Of a stretch of 64,000 bases of DNA, positions 22,139-35,762 are shown one piece after another. The stretch lies in contig NW_027191414.1 of NCBI RefSeq assembly GCF_041146345.1, forward strand, positions 124,001 to 188,000, read 5' to 3'. The stretch comes from Neodothiora populina. Taxonomy: Eukaryota. Numbering within the stretch: the first letter of the stretch is position 1; every line of letters starts with the position of its first letter. The notes under the pieces were generated by a model that saw nothing but the letters and a program-made list of their open reading frames with translations, had not been told where the DNA came from and did not search any database. A program made the translations under genes and the position numbers.

Positions 22139-23911
22139 TCTCTCGTAGTCACCAGAGTCGATCGATGTAGATAGACAACCCTCTCCAGAGTCTTGCTAGA
22201 CTTGACGTTCGATGTAGAGAGATCACCTGGACGATTTGAAGGGACATGGGCTGTGTCCTGACTAAGACTTCTGGTCAAAAGGGCGTATGTATGATGTAGG
22301 CAAAAATGGCTCAAAAGGAACAGACAATTTATCAGGTGGAATGGAACAAGAGAGCAAGGCGGCCGCAGAGGACGTGATCAACAAACGGGTTGTCAATGAT
22401 GAGCGAAGGGATAGGTAGGTACAGAAGACCGAGGCTAAAAGGGCCTGGTGATGTGGGCTCTGCGAGCAGCTATGAAGAAAAGAAACCTCTTTTTCCTCTC
22501 TTCTCTCCCCCTGTGGTTGCAGAAGCCAAAACGCGGGAGAAAAGATGGGTCGCGAGAGCAATGTGCAAGTCAAAAGGAATCGGAGATCCGTCAATCTGGG
22601 AAAGAGCAAGCCCTTGCTGTGGTATAACCTCAGCATGTACAGGGGTTCACAAGTTATATGGCGGAGGGGGGTCAGGTAAGAGGGAAACAATAGCCCAGGT
22701 CACGCACGGCTCCATCTGGTGGAAAACACACATACATAACACACCACACACACCCACATATTCAGCACCGAGCACCAGGTGCATACGCTTGACGGAACTG
22801 TAACAGAAGGTAGACGTGCGATCGGAAATACGAATAGTGGTACCTCGAAATCGACTGGCAATACTCGACGCTCGGCCCCGTCTGGCGAAGCACTAGAGCA
22901 GCGCCTCCTACAACCACTGTGAAACAGAGGGTGATCATGAGTGCGACAACTGGGTACACCGTGGACTTGATCTCGTAGCGGGTAAGACGGGGGCTTGTGA
23001 ACAAGATCCACACCATTGTTGCTTGGCGAGATGTGCAGCAAGCCGGCTCGATATTGATGCAATCGAATGGGGGAGAGTGTGAATGATATATATTATGTGC
23101 ATGACTAGCGCCGAAGACAAACGCAAGCAGCTGAGTGAAGCGACAGGTCATTTCCAGGGAGCGAGTGTCGAGTCGAGGAGAGCGGAGCCCGGTGTGGGGC
23201 CCGACCGACTGGCACTACCAGGTTGATAGCTGCACGCTTCACACATGTTGGGCAAATCATTCAGGAAATTCCGTCAGTAAGGGAGCAGATCATGGCGCAA
23301 CAATGGTCGGGCGGGGATGCACATCCCCTCGAGACGCGCGACGCTAATCTGCGACTTGTCGCTCGCTCGGGAAGGGTTACGAGATAACAAACATATTAGA
23401 TTACTCACGCTACGTCCTTGCTAAATATGCTACACTTGCGACACACTCTCTGCCCGCCAGGCCTTAGAAACGGACGTTTGGTGTAACGTAAGATGGAGAG
23501 AAAGAGTAATGTGTACTGGGAGGGCCGAAGATGTCCGGCGATGCACAATCTCTTCCCGACCCTGTGCAGCACAGGCGCGCGTCGCTTGTGCTGTCTTGTC
23601 ACCTTTCTGGCCGAGCTTCGATTCTACCGCTGACGGTACGAGGGCAGGGTCAAAAAACGAGTGAGCTGGAAGGCAGGGAGGGCAAAGTGAGTGTACAACA
23701 GCAAGCTTGTTACGGTCGCGCTACAGACTACAGCTGTACTCTGTAGCCAGTGGGCATGAGTCTGCAACTGCTGGCATCTATTCCTTCTAAGAACGTGCTG
23801 GCCGGTGCCAGGCACAAAGCTCACTGCATGTGGTGGCGATACATAGACGCACACATGTGGAGAAACTGCAGGGGGATGATTGGCTGTCAGTCAGGATGCA
23901 TGTGGGCTATA

Positions 23912-25666
23912 TCAACCGGGCAGCCGGGTCGGCCTCCGTTTACCGCCGGCAGCGTTGGCGCGATGCGAGGGTGTAAACAACGCTTCCGGCGTAGAGAGAG
24001 ACTGTGACGCATCGTCCGACTTAAAACCTTCGCCTTCAGTCAACACGAAGGCAGCCAGCGAACGAAGTGCCGAGGTCCAGTTGGTAAGGGCACGCATCCG
24101 ATCCATATCCCCCTTTTCTCCAATCTCTACAGTTCCAGCTTCCTGATTAATCTTGCCATCGAGCTTCTTGTCCATGATCAAGAAGCCCACGATATCCTGG
24201 ACCTCTGGAATAGAAATGTCGAGTTGCTTGGCAATGAAAGAGAGTCGGAAACGGGTATAGGGCGCGACCAACTTGACAACAGCCTTGGTGCGCATGTTGC
24301 GGGTGACTTCGTCGATGTTCTCGGCGATGAAAGGGTCGGCTAGCAGATCCTTGTTCTTGTGCAGAATGGACTCGTATCTGTGAATGTCATCTCTCTGATA
24401 TGCGTCGACAAGTTCCGTCATGGCAGCGATTCTCGGATCGTTCTTGTAAGGCTTAGTTTCTTGGGAATCGAAAGGGTTGATGTCAGAGCCCATGAGCATC
24501 GTCGTCAAGACAAGATACTTGAGAACCTGTATCCGCTGCAAGGACCCGGCCTCGTCATAGTTGCGGAAAGACTCGAAAAAATCACTCTGGGCTTGCTCCC
24601 AATTTTCTGCAAGTCATGTCAGTTCTGGCCATGGAGGCGTGATGTGGCGTTGAGCAAACCTTCGCTCATGTGCATTTTCCCCCCGCATTCGCGGATGATG
24701 CCCATGATCTTGGGATGCGGCACAGCAGATCTAACCTTGAGCGCACGTTGATAGAGTGCCTGTCAGTGCATGTCAGCAGATGCTGGGCAAGGGGGAAGAG
24801 GGCAAAGCAGATCAGATGGAGTGATCAGATGGAGTTGATCACGTACCTTTAGTCTCTTGTTGTTTCTTGTTTCGGCATACATGAGGATCTCGAGGGCATA
24901 GATCTCGAGCAAGTACGTGCCCTTGGTGGCATCATCGGACCCGTCATCGGTCTGACAGGCCTTGTGAAGTTCACGGAGTTTGTCGGTGAGGCGTCGATAA
25001 TCTTTTTGATCGAGCCATAGCCTGGCAAGCTTTGTGTTTGTCTTAAGCCACAATCGCTCGTTGTTTGTATTTTGGAATGATTCGAGGGTTTTGGAGTAGA
25101 ACTTCTCCATGCACTTGTTGGCATCATGGTCTTCGGCATTCTTCTCGATGAAATCTAGCATGTTGTTGATGGACTTTTCCGAATAGTTCCTCGTGACGGC
25201 GGATTTGACGTAAGTGAGCAATTCCTGATAATGCTCGACTGCTCGATCATAGCGTGACATTTTGAACTCTAGCTTTATTGCTTGCTTTAGTGCTTTGAAA
25301 CCCCTGGAGGGCGAAGAGGCAAATGTCAGCCACGATGATGCAGATGAGAAAGCAGGTGCGCAGCGCCCGCACGGCGTGAGTGATGCAGGGCATGAACATA
25401 CCAATCGCCCTTTTCTTCCTCCAGAGCAGGGACACCCAGGAACTCATCGATGGCCTCATCGGGGTTTTCGATCTTCATTTGTTTTGCATTATAGTACTTG
25501 TTTTCAATGTCGACATCTCCGTCCTGCTCTTCGTCCTCATCTTCGTACTCAAAGTCGTAGCTGTAGAACAGTCAATGATTGATGATCAATGAAGAACAAG
25601 CTACGTATGGGCGATGACATACTCTTCCTGCTCGGAATCCTGCATGAAATCATCATCGTCGGACAT
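23912..25666 (-). CDS. CSN2: COP9 signalosome subunit 2 (PCI domain); exons 25666-25623, 25560-25402, 25303-24847, 24759-24660, 24606-23912
   Basis: [63 protein letters not shown]; four canonical introns. Confidence 0.96.
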
Positions 25667-26274
25667 GTCGACGATGTCTCAACAGACAAGTAGAGTACTA
25701 CCGGAGCAGTGAGGTTTACAAGTGAGTATCAGTACGGCGTTATGTATGTGTTCGAAGGGCCCCCAAAGAAGCAGATGACTCGGACTCAAGGCTCTAAGAC
25801 ACGAGGCGTATATCAGAGCGAACTAATTTCACTGTGAGCCGCGGATCAATAAAGAAATGGTTGCATCCAAGTAATGAAATGGCTTGATGTGTTGTGGAAG
25901 AGGCAGCTTTCCCCAATACACCTCACTCACGGCGATGATGCCACCGCCACGACGGAAGCAGCAACTGCCTAGTTCTCCGTTATCGATAAGACTTTGAGGC
26001 CAGCTTGGGCCATGTGTACTTGTATCCCAGTGATAGTCTTGGCATTTCCGCGGCGAACTTCCTTGCGACACGACAACTGCCTGACTTACAAGTCTTCATC
26101 GCCATCACTTGCTGATTATTCAACCACACAGCAAAGAAGTCGGAACACTGTTCCTGCAGTCGACAGAGGATTCAGATCCACAACCAGCTGGTCTTCCTTC
26201 CCATTTCGGACTCATAACACCACTTCCACTGCCTGGGCGGCACCCCCTCCAGCCACAAGGCCAACACATCCAAG

Positions 26275-27600
26275 ATGGGTGGCGATCTCAACCTGAAGAA
26301 GTCATGGCATCCCGTGCTCATGTCCAACCAAAAGCGCGTGTGGGAGGAAGAGAAGAAAGCGCTGGATGAACGCAAAAAGATCGACCAAGTCCTCAAGGAG
26401 CGCGCCGAAGAGCGTCAGATCCAGGAACTCCAGCAGATGCAGGAGGCCGCTGGAGGCAAGAAGCGCATCGACCGTGTCGACTGGATGTATGGCGGCCCGT
26501 CCGATGGTCAGAAAGGCACAACGGAAGAGATGGAAGGTTATCTGCTGGGCAAGAGGAGACTGGATGGTCTTGTCAAAAGGGATCCGACTGAGGCTTTGAA
26601 GAAAGATGCTGGACAAGAGGGTTTCATGGCGTTGCAGAGCGCCAATACAGCACGTGATATCGCAGCCAAAATCAAGGCCGATCCGATGTTGGCAATCAAA
26701 CAGCAGGAGCAGGCTGCCTTGGAGGCTATGATGAGCGACCCCACCAAGAGACGACATCTTCTGAAGGCTGCAGGCCACGATGTCGACGAGGAGGTCAAAA
26801 GCGAAAAGGACAGAAGTCACAGACACAAGCACAGACACAGGCACAGAGACGATGACGACGACAGAGATGGGCACAGGAGCAAGCGACGACGACAGAGCGA
26901 CGAGTATGATGATGACAGACACTCACATAGACGGAGCCATGATCATCGATCTCGACGCCATCATTCCACAGAAGCACGCTCTACTTCACGAGAGAGACGG
27001 CGACGCGACAGTCGACGTGAGCGCGACAGCTATGACAGACGAAGTGAACGTGACCGTGATGGCCGCGACAGACGCGATGGAGATCGCAGCGACCGGAAAG
27101 GAAGGAGTGATAGGAGACCATATCCCAGCCCTCGCAGGTCTGACTCAAGGTCCGATTCGCGCTCTAGGTCACCCGACACTCGTCACATCAGAAGCGGAGG
27201 AGACAGAAATGGCGGTTATAACAGCAGGCGACGCGAGCCGCCATCCGGTGAACGAAGACCTTCTCCCCGTCGAGACGATCGAACGCGACCCATCCGGAGA
27301 GCGTCACCTTCGTACGAGCCTTACCGTCCTGACCGAGCGAGCACGCGGAGAGACCAGGACCACACCGAGGAACGCGCAAGGAAGCTGGCCGAGATGCAGG
27401 GCAACGCCGATGCTCTCGAGGACGAACGGCGGGCTAGGCTGGCCGAGATTGCAGAGAAGGAGAGAATACAGCGAGATGAAGATGATAAGAAGCGCTCTGA
27501 AAAAGGACGTTTCGTCGTTGGCGTGCGCAAGGCTGCCGAGGATACAGATCTTGCTTCTCGTCTGGCTGGTAGGGGAGGCATGCCGAAGATGGACGAGTAG
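26275..27600 (+). CDS. CWC25: Pre-mRNA splicing factor Cwc25
   Basis: [14 protein letters not shown]-terminus, [18 protein letters not shown]-rich tail; intronless. Confidence 0.96.
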   Translation: MGGDLNLKKSWHPVLMSNQKRVWEEEKKALDERKKIDQVLKERAEERQIQELQQMQEAAGGKKRIDRVDWMYGGPSDGQKGTTEEMEGYLLGKRRLDGLVKRDPTEALKKDAGQEGFMALQSANTARDIAAKIKADPMLAIKQQEQAALEAMMSDPTKRRHLLKAAGHDVDEEVKSEKDRSHRHKHRHRHRDDDDDRDGHRSKRRRQSDEYDDDRHSHRRSHDHRSRRHHSTEARSTSRERRRRDSRRERDSYDRRSERDRDGRDRRDGDRSDRKGRSDRRPYPSPRRSDSRSDSRSRSPDTRHIRSGGDRNGGYNSRRREPPSGERRPSPRRDDRTRPIRRASPSYEPYRPDRASTRRDQDHTEERARKLAEMQGNADALEDERRARLAEIAEKERIQRDEDDKKRSEKGRFVVGVRKAAEDTDLASRLAGRGGMPKMDE

Positions 27601-29206
27601 ATGTGAATTTCGTTTCAATGGCCTATACTACAGCAGTCAAAGGCTTGTGTCTTCACCTGACAAGTTTTTCTATCTTTATCATATCATACTCGTATATGCC
27701 GCATTAGGTTGTGACACTAAGGTATAGTACGAAGGGGCTGACTGAGCTAGCACAGTAGCTCTATATACTTTATGTCATTGTTTGTCTTCTAAGCCTTGCC
27801 GTACTTGTCATGAATGCGGCTTCGCTTCTGCAGCCACGATTCAATATCCAGACGACACTCGAATGTGGGTCCTGCTCTTCATCATTGACTGCGACGCTAC
27901 TGTCTTGACACGGCATTCATGTCTCTTGGCGTTGCAGCTCTTCATGTCATTGTTGTTGTTCTTACTTCAACATACCTTAGGTATGCAGCGCCTAGATCTC
28001 ACATGAACAGCACCTCTAGCGACTTGTGTGATGAATCCACATCTGAGGTTCAGACACGACGTCTCCGTACAAGTACAAGCATATCGCCATTTTTTTCACT
28101 ACTCGATGATCAATCAGTGACAGCAGTACTTTGTAGTGGGTACTGGGGGAGCCGCCGCTTGCGTAGTCGAGATGACGACCACGTGCCAGGACCCAGATCG
28201 GGCGACGGCAGAGGACACAGCCCGGCAAGCACGGATCGACTCGCGAATCATGGACAGCGCCCGGGTTCCATCAGGCAATTTTGATTTCCATGGCAGAAGC
28301 CAAATCGGGCATTTGGCTCTGGATATTCTGGGCTTTTGATGGAATTGCAGGGTTACAATAGCCGTCGTTTAGGTGGTAAAGGACCACAAGATGGGTAGAG
28401 ACAAGGGTCACGGGTGACGACTTCCATCTGCGTGGACGGGGACTTTTGTATGATGATTGTTCGGTGGTCCGAGGCCAAGCACATGCGATCGAGGAGTAGG
28501 AGAACTAGCAGCATAGCAGGAGGTAGAGGGATGAGGAAGAGGAGGAGGTCATCGGTCTTTCGGAGATGTGATAATTGTCCGTAGCTCTTACTGTTCAATT
28601 CAATCCAGTCCAGCCCAGTCCAGTCCAGCATTTGAATCCACCCCATCTTTCGCCGTCGCTTGCCCGGAGTGTACAGGAAACGATAGCAGTCCAATCATCA
28701 ATTGCTCCATCTCGCATCAAATCCTACCGCCTAGACTTGTGTAACCGTCGTCAACGTCCAAGCCAAACCACAACGTTCCGCACTGCATTGCAACCAACAA
28801 GCGTTGTTTTCCGCATCTCGTCCTCCCAGCAGAAAGAAATCATCCGCTCATCATCATCGTCGTCGTCCTTTTATCTACTATTTTTTCCATCAATCTCCCC
28901 ATCCACCACTGCCGTACCAAGAACGACGCCGCATCTAGACTCGGAGTTTAGAGCTTGTCTACCGCAATCCAGCCCGACCCACCCTCGCGATAACATACTC
29001 TACTGTACTGTACTGCAGCCGAGGTTGCCGCGTCTGCCTCTCTTGTCAACTACACCTGGAACCCGGACGAAACTGGGATATAGGGAGACCTGACTCCTTT
29101 GATTTCACCCGCCCGGCATTTTATCTCTCCACGCGACTTGATTCCCGAATAACCGACCGCGGTCTGCCTTGCGAACAATCGTTGCTGCGAAACGATAAGC
29201 CCCAAA

Positions 29207-30358
29207 ATGCCGCTTTGTGGAGGATCCAAAACAGTGCAGCGCAAGCTTGTGCTTCTGTATGTTTGATCTCGTCAATGCCAAATCGTCCGCTCCTGGGGCT
29301 TGCGCAGTAATTGAAACCGCGCATCCAAGCCAGGAGATGCAGTGGAGCACTGATCGCTAACGTTGTCTGTCACCACATAGCGGAGATGGTGCTTGCGGTA
29401 AGACGAGTTTGCTGAATGTCTTCACCAGAGGGTATGTTACACATCGGAAACAACGCACTATCATGGCGCAAACAATGGTTTACTGATTGTCTGTGTATAG
29501 TTATTTCCCTACCGTATAGTATGTGGTCCCTATGACTCTGTAGCTTTCCCTCGTCCGGTTCGTGTACTGACTGCGATTCGGGTATTCAGTGAGCCTACTG
29601 TATTCGGTATGCAGTCTTTAGTCATTTTGTGCTTACCGTCTTTTACTGACATTGATCTGATAGAAAACTACGTCCATGGTATGAACACAATGCACGCGCT
29701 ACGCTTTGTACACCACCTAGCTCATCAATTTCATTGCAGACATCTTCATCGACAATGTTCACGTCGAGCTCTCGTTATGGGACACCGCAGGTCAAGAAGA
29801 ATTCGACCGACTACGGTCCCTTTCATACGACGACACCCACGCGATAATGCTTTGCTTCAGCGTATGTCCTTTTGCTCTGATCGCAAGAACTGGAGTCTTC
29901 AATGGCAAGGCCAATCTGACACGATGGTGAATACAGGTCGACTCGCCCGACTCCCTCGAGAACGTGGAATCAAAATGGGTCGGTGAAATAGCCGAAAACT
30001 GCCCCGGAGTGCGACTTGTTCTGGTTGCGCTCAAGTGCGATCTGCGAGAGCAGCAGGCCGATGACGAAGACCCCGCCAACCACGAGCCCAAGAGACCGAT
30101 GATCGATTACAAGCAAGGACTGGCTGTGGCAGAGAAGATCAAGGCATTGCGATACCTAGGTTTGTCACACAACCCCTACAAGAGACATGCGTCCAATATC
30201 GAGAGAGACAACGAGTGTGACTTGCTGACACGATCATCATAGAATGCTCAGCCATGAAGAACCGCGGCGTCAACGAAGCCTTCACCGAAGCCGCCCGCGT
30301 CGCGCTGCAAGTCAAGAATGCGAAAGGCGACAAACAGAGCAGTTGCACAGTGATGTGA
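29207..30358 (+). CDS. RHO3: Rho3 GTPase; 8 exons (29207-29256, 29381-29431, 29501-29518, 29590-29606, 29664-29678, 29740-29861, 29937-30159, 30243-30358)
   Basis: Spliced [53 protein letters not shown]...[18 protein letters not shown]...LKCDLR...ECSAM...CTVM (CaaX). Confidence 0.96.
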
Positions 30359-33300
30359 GGTAGACCTGTCTCAGATACTGTCTCTCTCACCCGCTTGGTT
30401 GTACAGCTCTACTTCGTCCGTTTTGTTCGTCTGTTCTGCGACTTTTGCGCCGCTCGCAGGTGCCCCACATCGACCGCCCCTGTCCTCGATTGCCCATGGT
30501 TTCACGACACCACACCTTTTCTCTTAGATTTTGTCCTGCCTTTCGCGATCTTTTTTTTTCCATCCCCCCAGTATACCCGGTTCTTTTCCTGCGTCAGATG
30601 GACGATTCTTTTCCTTTTCTTTTTCTTCTTCACCCTTCCTTTTTGCTCTCAACAACAACTCGCTCGATGTTCGCACGGGAAATATCCGCCGACTCGAATT
30701 TGTCGGTTCTGCATACATGCGGGAGGGCGGATGGTGTATGTGTGGTGTTGGGGGCTCCATTTAAAAAAGTGGTCAGAGTTCTCTTTTGAGCCAAAAGGTG
30801 TTGTGGATTGTGGATTCTTTTCTCCTTTCCTGTCCGTTTGTTGGCGTTCTGAGTATTGGTATCTTTCTTCTTGTCTTCCTCTTCTCGACTATTACAATCT
30901 CTGCAAGTTGCGATATGCAAGCACTGCACTGTATCGGTTCGAGACGAGAGAAAGAGAAAGAAATGGGATTCTAGATTCCTATCTGTGAACAACTTTTCAA
31001 CCAAACTCTCTGCTGACTTGTGTCCTGTGATCCGACTATTCATGGCCCCTGTTCTACGCCCGGCTTCAAGGGAACATATCCGAGAAATGTGAGTCGGATT
31101 AGGATCGAGCGGTCAGTACACAACATCTGATACTGAACGCCCCCAAGAAAAGAGATAGGAGAGCCAGTGCCTCAAGGTCCTGCAAGACTGCTCGTGGCGA
31201 TCCATCAGACTGTTCCTTTCTCTGTTCACTCTCTCCAGTACCTCCTTGCTATTCTTTCCGCTGAATAGTGTATATGTACAACTCTAGCAGGACTCTTTGA
31301 GGGATTGTACACTGCGAGTCAGCCTGGGCCGGCGGCGTTTCTTCTGATTTCTTCTGAAAGAACGGAGCTCCGCTTTCTATTCTCTTCGCCGGGAGGAAGA
31401 TCGCTTATCTATGCACCGAAGACAACATTGCGGGAGTTGGTGTATACATGAACAGGCTTTCCTTACTTGCCTACTAAGCCAAGGATACCGATCTCGCTTA
31501 TGTTTCAAGTGTCTCTCTGGCTTTAATAGTGGGCCTGGGCGTTTTTGCGCTGTATACAGAATTGAGATGAGAAGGACCTCGGGTCACTTCTCGTATGGTG
31601 CCTCGAAAAGCATCGATCCCAATGATGGGTGAGGAGTAATTCGTCTTCGAGGAGGCAGGTAGCCGTGTAAGCAGCGCTATCACATAGCTGTGAGTGCAGG
31701 TTGCTTTGTATATCCTTCTACGTAGCCGTAAGAGGTGCTGCTTTGGGTTCTCGTGCTGGGAAAATGCTGTACTGCTGTTGAGGATCTACCCACGTTCTTC
31801 ATATAAGTGAAAGCACGATAGATTGCGGGTTTGTTCGATCCTTCGATAGACGAGGGGAGCCGAGCAAGTGGCAGTCCACAGCTCAGGACTGGTGAAAGAT
31901 GCAGACATCGCTGGCTGATATGTGCTCCAATTATTGCGCATGGAGTCTGTGAACGGCTATAGCGGTGAAACTACATGTCCATCGTGAATCCCTCGATGGG
32001 ATGCAATGGAACAGGAACAACCACATTCGAGCCCACTTTGCACATGGGACAGCAAGACGGCATCCAATGGAAGTCCCGAACGACCAACCCCTTTCAACAT
32101 CACATTGCCAGGAACAGATCGGCGTGGTAATACACACGTGGCAGAAGACGACGTGTCCGAGGACATTATCTGACTGCGAAAAGGGTCGTTGCATTTCAAG
32201 ATTTCGACCTCGGAGTCTTTGCAGCACCCCAACATTACCTCCCGCGGCATATATCACACGCAAGTGCCACGAGCTCCCCTCCTCTCAACGCCGCAAGATG
32301 TACCGAGAAGAGGACAGCTACAGATGACCGCCTTTCTACAGAGCGATATGATACATTGTGCCGCACAGGTATCGTGCTCTGTGTGCCGATGTAATATGTG
32401 AACAAGATAGATACCGGAGCCAAGACTACAGACACACCCTGTCTGCCTTTCCGCTGCTGCCTTATGTAGTGATGTCTACAGTACCATCAGCAGGTGAGAG
32501 CAATGGTGATCGGCGCTTTGGGATCTATCCAGATCCAGCCAGAGAACGTGGCAAGGTAATGCAGAGATAGAAAAAGTATCACCCCTGGGAGGCCTGAACG
32601 CTATCGGATGTTGGCACAAAACGTTTGTGTGCAACCCGCGAAAGGCTGATGAATCTGTACCAGTCGACGGTACATACAGACCTTGGGCAAGGAAAGGTAA
32701 TGTGATGCTACCTGTACTTGAATACGTAATGTGCGGACAGTGCGCCGACGGCGAAGTGTCAATAATGGTACGTCGATACAGTTAGCTGTTCTGACTACCT
32801 ACCTTACCTACTGTACTTTAGGACTGCGGGTCACTGCAGACTGTGTCACTTGAATCTAGATATCAGACGGTTTGTAACATCAGCCTACTTCGCCCCTCGA
32901 GGACATTACACAGCTTCTTGACTCGTGAAAAGACTTGCCTTCAAACATCACAATCCACATTCCTGAGGTATAACAAGCACTGCCGTTTCCACTCCATGAC
33001 GGACGAGTGGGTAGACCGAGGAAAGCTTGCTCAACCGACCTTTACGCCACTCCGCGCTCACGAATGAACAAGCCTTGAAGTCTTGTCATGCCACACCAAT
33101 TGAAAGCACTAAAAGCAACCAAACGTCCGTTCTGGGGAGGGAGAGGAGTAAGAAGATACTTTGATACCTGCCGCCCCCCATCCACCTTGCTTAACAGGTG
33201 AGAAGACAAGGTTTGGGCCCTTTCTTACTCGGTGCCTCGGCAGATTTCCTGAATCTACTCCAAGACTCTCGCCCCCCAAGACTATACCCCGCAATTGTCA

Positions 33301-34026
33301 GGACTATGGTTCTCGGATTTTGTTTCGTGGGTGTTTGAGTGGGCTTGCTTGCGTGCATACTACACGGAACGGGATATCGCGTCGCCGGCGAATGCCTTGA
33401 TGATCAGACTTGTATTTCCACGGCGGGATGTGACGAGGATGGTGAATTCAAAACCTCTCAGACAACACCTCACGAGGACAATGACAGCTTTGGGACCGAA
33501 AGCATCAAAGTTCGTGAAGACTCTCAGCGATGGCAAATTGAGAGCGATCCCCCACCAATCTTGCTTTCTACAGATTGCGCCAAACACGCTACCAATCATC
33601 GTCCCTCTGCAGGAGACAAGTGTGCTAACACTGCATGGGGCGATAGATCGCCAACAGATGATCCACTTTTCTCCGCATATTGATCAGTAGCGTTCCTATC
33701 GTTCATACCGAGGATGCGGGGCCCCATGATATCTCGCGGTTTACTCTTTATTACCCCATGGGCTGGCGGCGGCTCAACCCAAATCGAGGTCTGGCGCTAG
33801 TCGTGTACCTGTCTAGTACACTATTGACGTTTTGGTGTGTGTTGATCTCCCTAACTGTCTTTGCGTCGAGGGAATGACTTGTATAAATACTACTCAGGAG
33901 TCTTCTCTGGATCCGGAATCGTTTTAGATCGACAACTATTTCTGGATATTATTTATACATAAGCCTTGAGATTATCCGAGTTATACTGAACCGTCAAACT
34001 TGAATAGCACAATTACTACGACAAAG

Positions 34027-35026
34027 ATGACTGAGACAACCGAGAAGATCGATCACCATATGGTGGAGAACCGCGACACTGCTGATGGCGCACCACTGGG
34101 CCGCACAGTCACCGTCACTTTGAGTCCCGAGCAGTATGAAAAGACCTTTTTCCAGCCCTCGGCGCCCCGGCGTGGAGATCTTGCAAAGCGATTTGGTGAG
34201 TTGAAAGCAGTATACTCAATTTGGGTGAACATGTATACTTATACCATCTTACAGCGAATCCCACTCTGCTAGGATTGATGGGTTTCCTGATTCCCTATAC
34301 TTCGACAGTTTTGTGTCTGCTTGGACTCCGAGGGGCTGTAGCTCCTTACAGTCTGGCTGGTCTCAGCGGCGACTATTACTTTCTTGGTTCTATTGCCATG
34401 GTTCTCGCTGGCGTAATGGAATTTATTCTGGGAAACAGTACGTTTCTCCCCTTGATGTTTATCATGTACGCAAAAGCTAACGTTTGTCCAACAGCTTTCC
34501 CATTCACCGTCTTTATCATCTACGGCTGCCATTGGGGTAGCTTGGCCTACACGCAAGACCCGATCCATCAGGTGACTGCTGCTTTCGAGTCAGTCGGCGG
34601 CGCTGAGGGCGCTGCGTACAACGCATCCCAGGGATTCCACAACGTGACGATGTAAGTAATCATGCTTTAGCTTGGAAGAAGACCATGACTAATGCTATAT
34701 CTACCAGGGTACTCGTCAGCTTCACGTTCCTCATTTGCACGTTCCGCGTCAACGCTCTCTTCACGCTGACGTTCTTCGGTCTCGTCATGCTTTTCTCCTT
34801 CATCGCCGCCGCGGACTTCTCGGTCGCCTCTGCAACGACCGCAGCCGACCTCGAACACATCTCCACACTTCTTCGATTTGCAGGAGGGTTCGGAATGATA
34901 GGCGCCGTCTGTGGCTGGTATCTCTGTATCGTCACCGGATGCGCGGCTGTGGGTATCCCGTGCCCGTTGCCGGTGTTTGATCTTTCCAGCAAGATCTTCC
35001 CTTCGAAGACCGACAAGGGCGTCTAG
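34027..35026 (+). CDS. GPR1/FUN34/YaaH (acetate/ammonia transporter, Ady2/Ato-like); exons 34027-34195, 34255-34437, 34495-34651, 34708-35026
   Basis: TLSPEQYEK, FANPTLLGLMGF, MEFILGNTFPFTVFIIYGCHW, C-terminal LPVFDLS; six hydrophobic segments; three canonical introns. Confidence 0.9.
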
Positions 35027-35338
35027 GCGTTTTCGCTTCTGTAAATAGCAGCTGTGTCTGTATGCTAGTGGCCACAAGATATCGGATGACTGGACGAGTC
35101 TGGATCGCAACGGAACATGCTCTCGATCAAGTCCATGAAGCGAATCTGCCAAATATAAGATTAATGTACAATGAATCATGATTTCCATCATTGCTGCTGC
35201 AAGAGTAAATGAACGATCAAACTCGTCGAGGTCTATACTTGATGTCATGTGCGTCTCGTGCATACAGGAGTTTGAACTACTATCATGGGAATTGCCAGCA
35301 AGATATCCCGTGCCTCTGACAACGTCGATACACGCAAC

Positions 35339-35638
35339 GCGCAGGTAATTACAGTCCAGTGCAGGTAGAACTAGAGCTAGGTGCAGGTAGCCAAAAGTTC
35401 AGTGCAGGTAGGACTCAGTGCAGGTAGGACTCAGTGCGGGCAGTACTCAGTGCGGGCAGTACTCAGTGCTGGCGGCGGGCTCAATGCAGGTAGGACCAGA
35501 GCTCAGTGCAGGTAGCTAAGAGCTCAGTGCAGGTAGAGACTCGAAAGCTAGGTGGTAGTAGAAGAAAGAAAGGTTTTGGTGGGGGGCTTCTACCTGCACC
35601 GAGTCCCTGCTCTACTTTCGGCGTCTACCCGCACTGAG
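35339..35638. repeat. Minisatellite of ~11 (CTCA)GTGCAGGTAG units (16-22 bp period, 35339-35538) plus two inverted copies (35589-35638)
   Basis: Direct reading: ctcagtgcaggtagga / ctcagtgcgggcagta units, then tctacctgcaccgag and tctacccgcactgag (reverse complements). Confidence 0.85.
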
Positions 35639-35762
35639 ATGTTAGTGACTCACGTATGCTCTTTGCCAATACCATTCTTTGGTGGACAGATACATTCAGT
35701 AAAGTTTGAGGACGGTGTATGATGACACAAATGAAAATCTCCATAGACCGCGCACCATCTCA

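Noticed and set aside
26302..27727. Overlapping 206-aa and 315-aa ORFs in CWC25
   Set aside because: Alternative-frame products of R/D/S low-complexity sequence.
30400..33990. Short ORFs between RHO3 and the GPR1/FUN34 gene (similarly 50600-53600 and 57800-60100)
   Set aside because: UTR or promoter-like sequence; I could not build a credible gene model.
35339..35538. CRISPR-like appearance of the repeat array
   Set aside because: Eukaryotic context, no unique 25-45 nt spacers and no cas genes.
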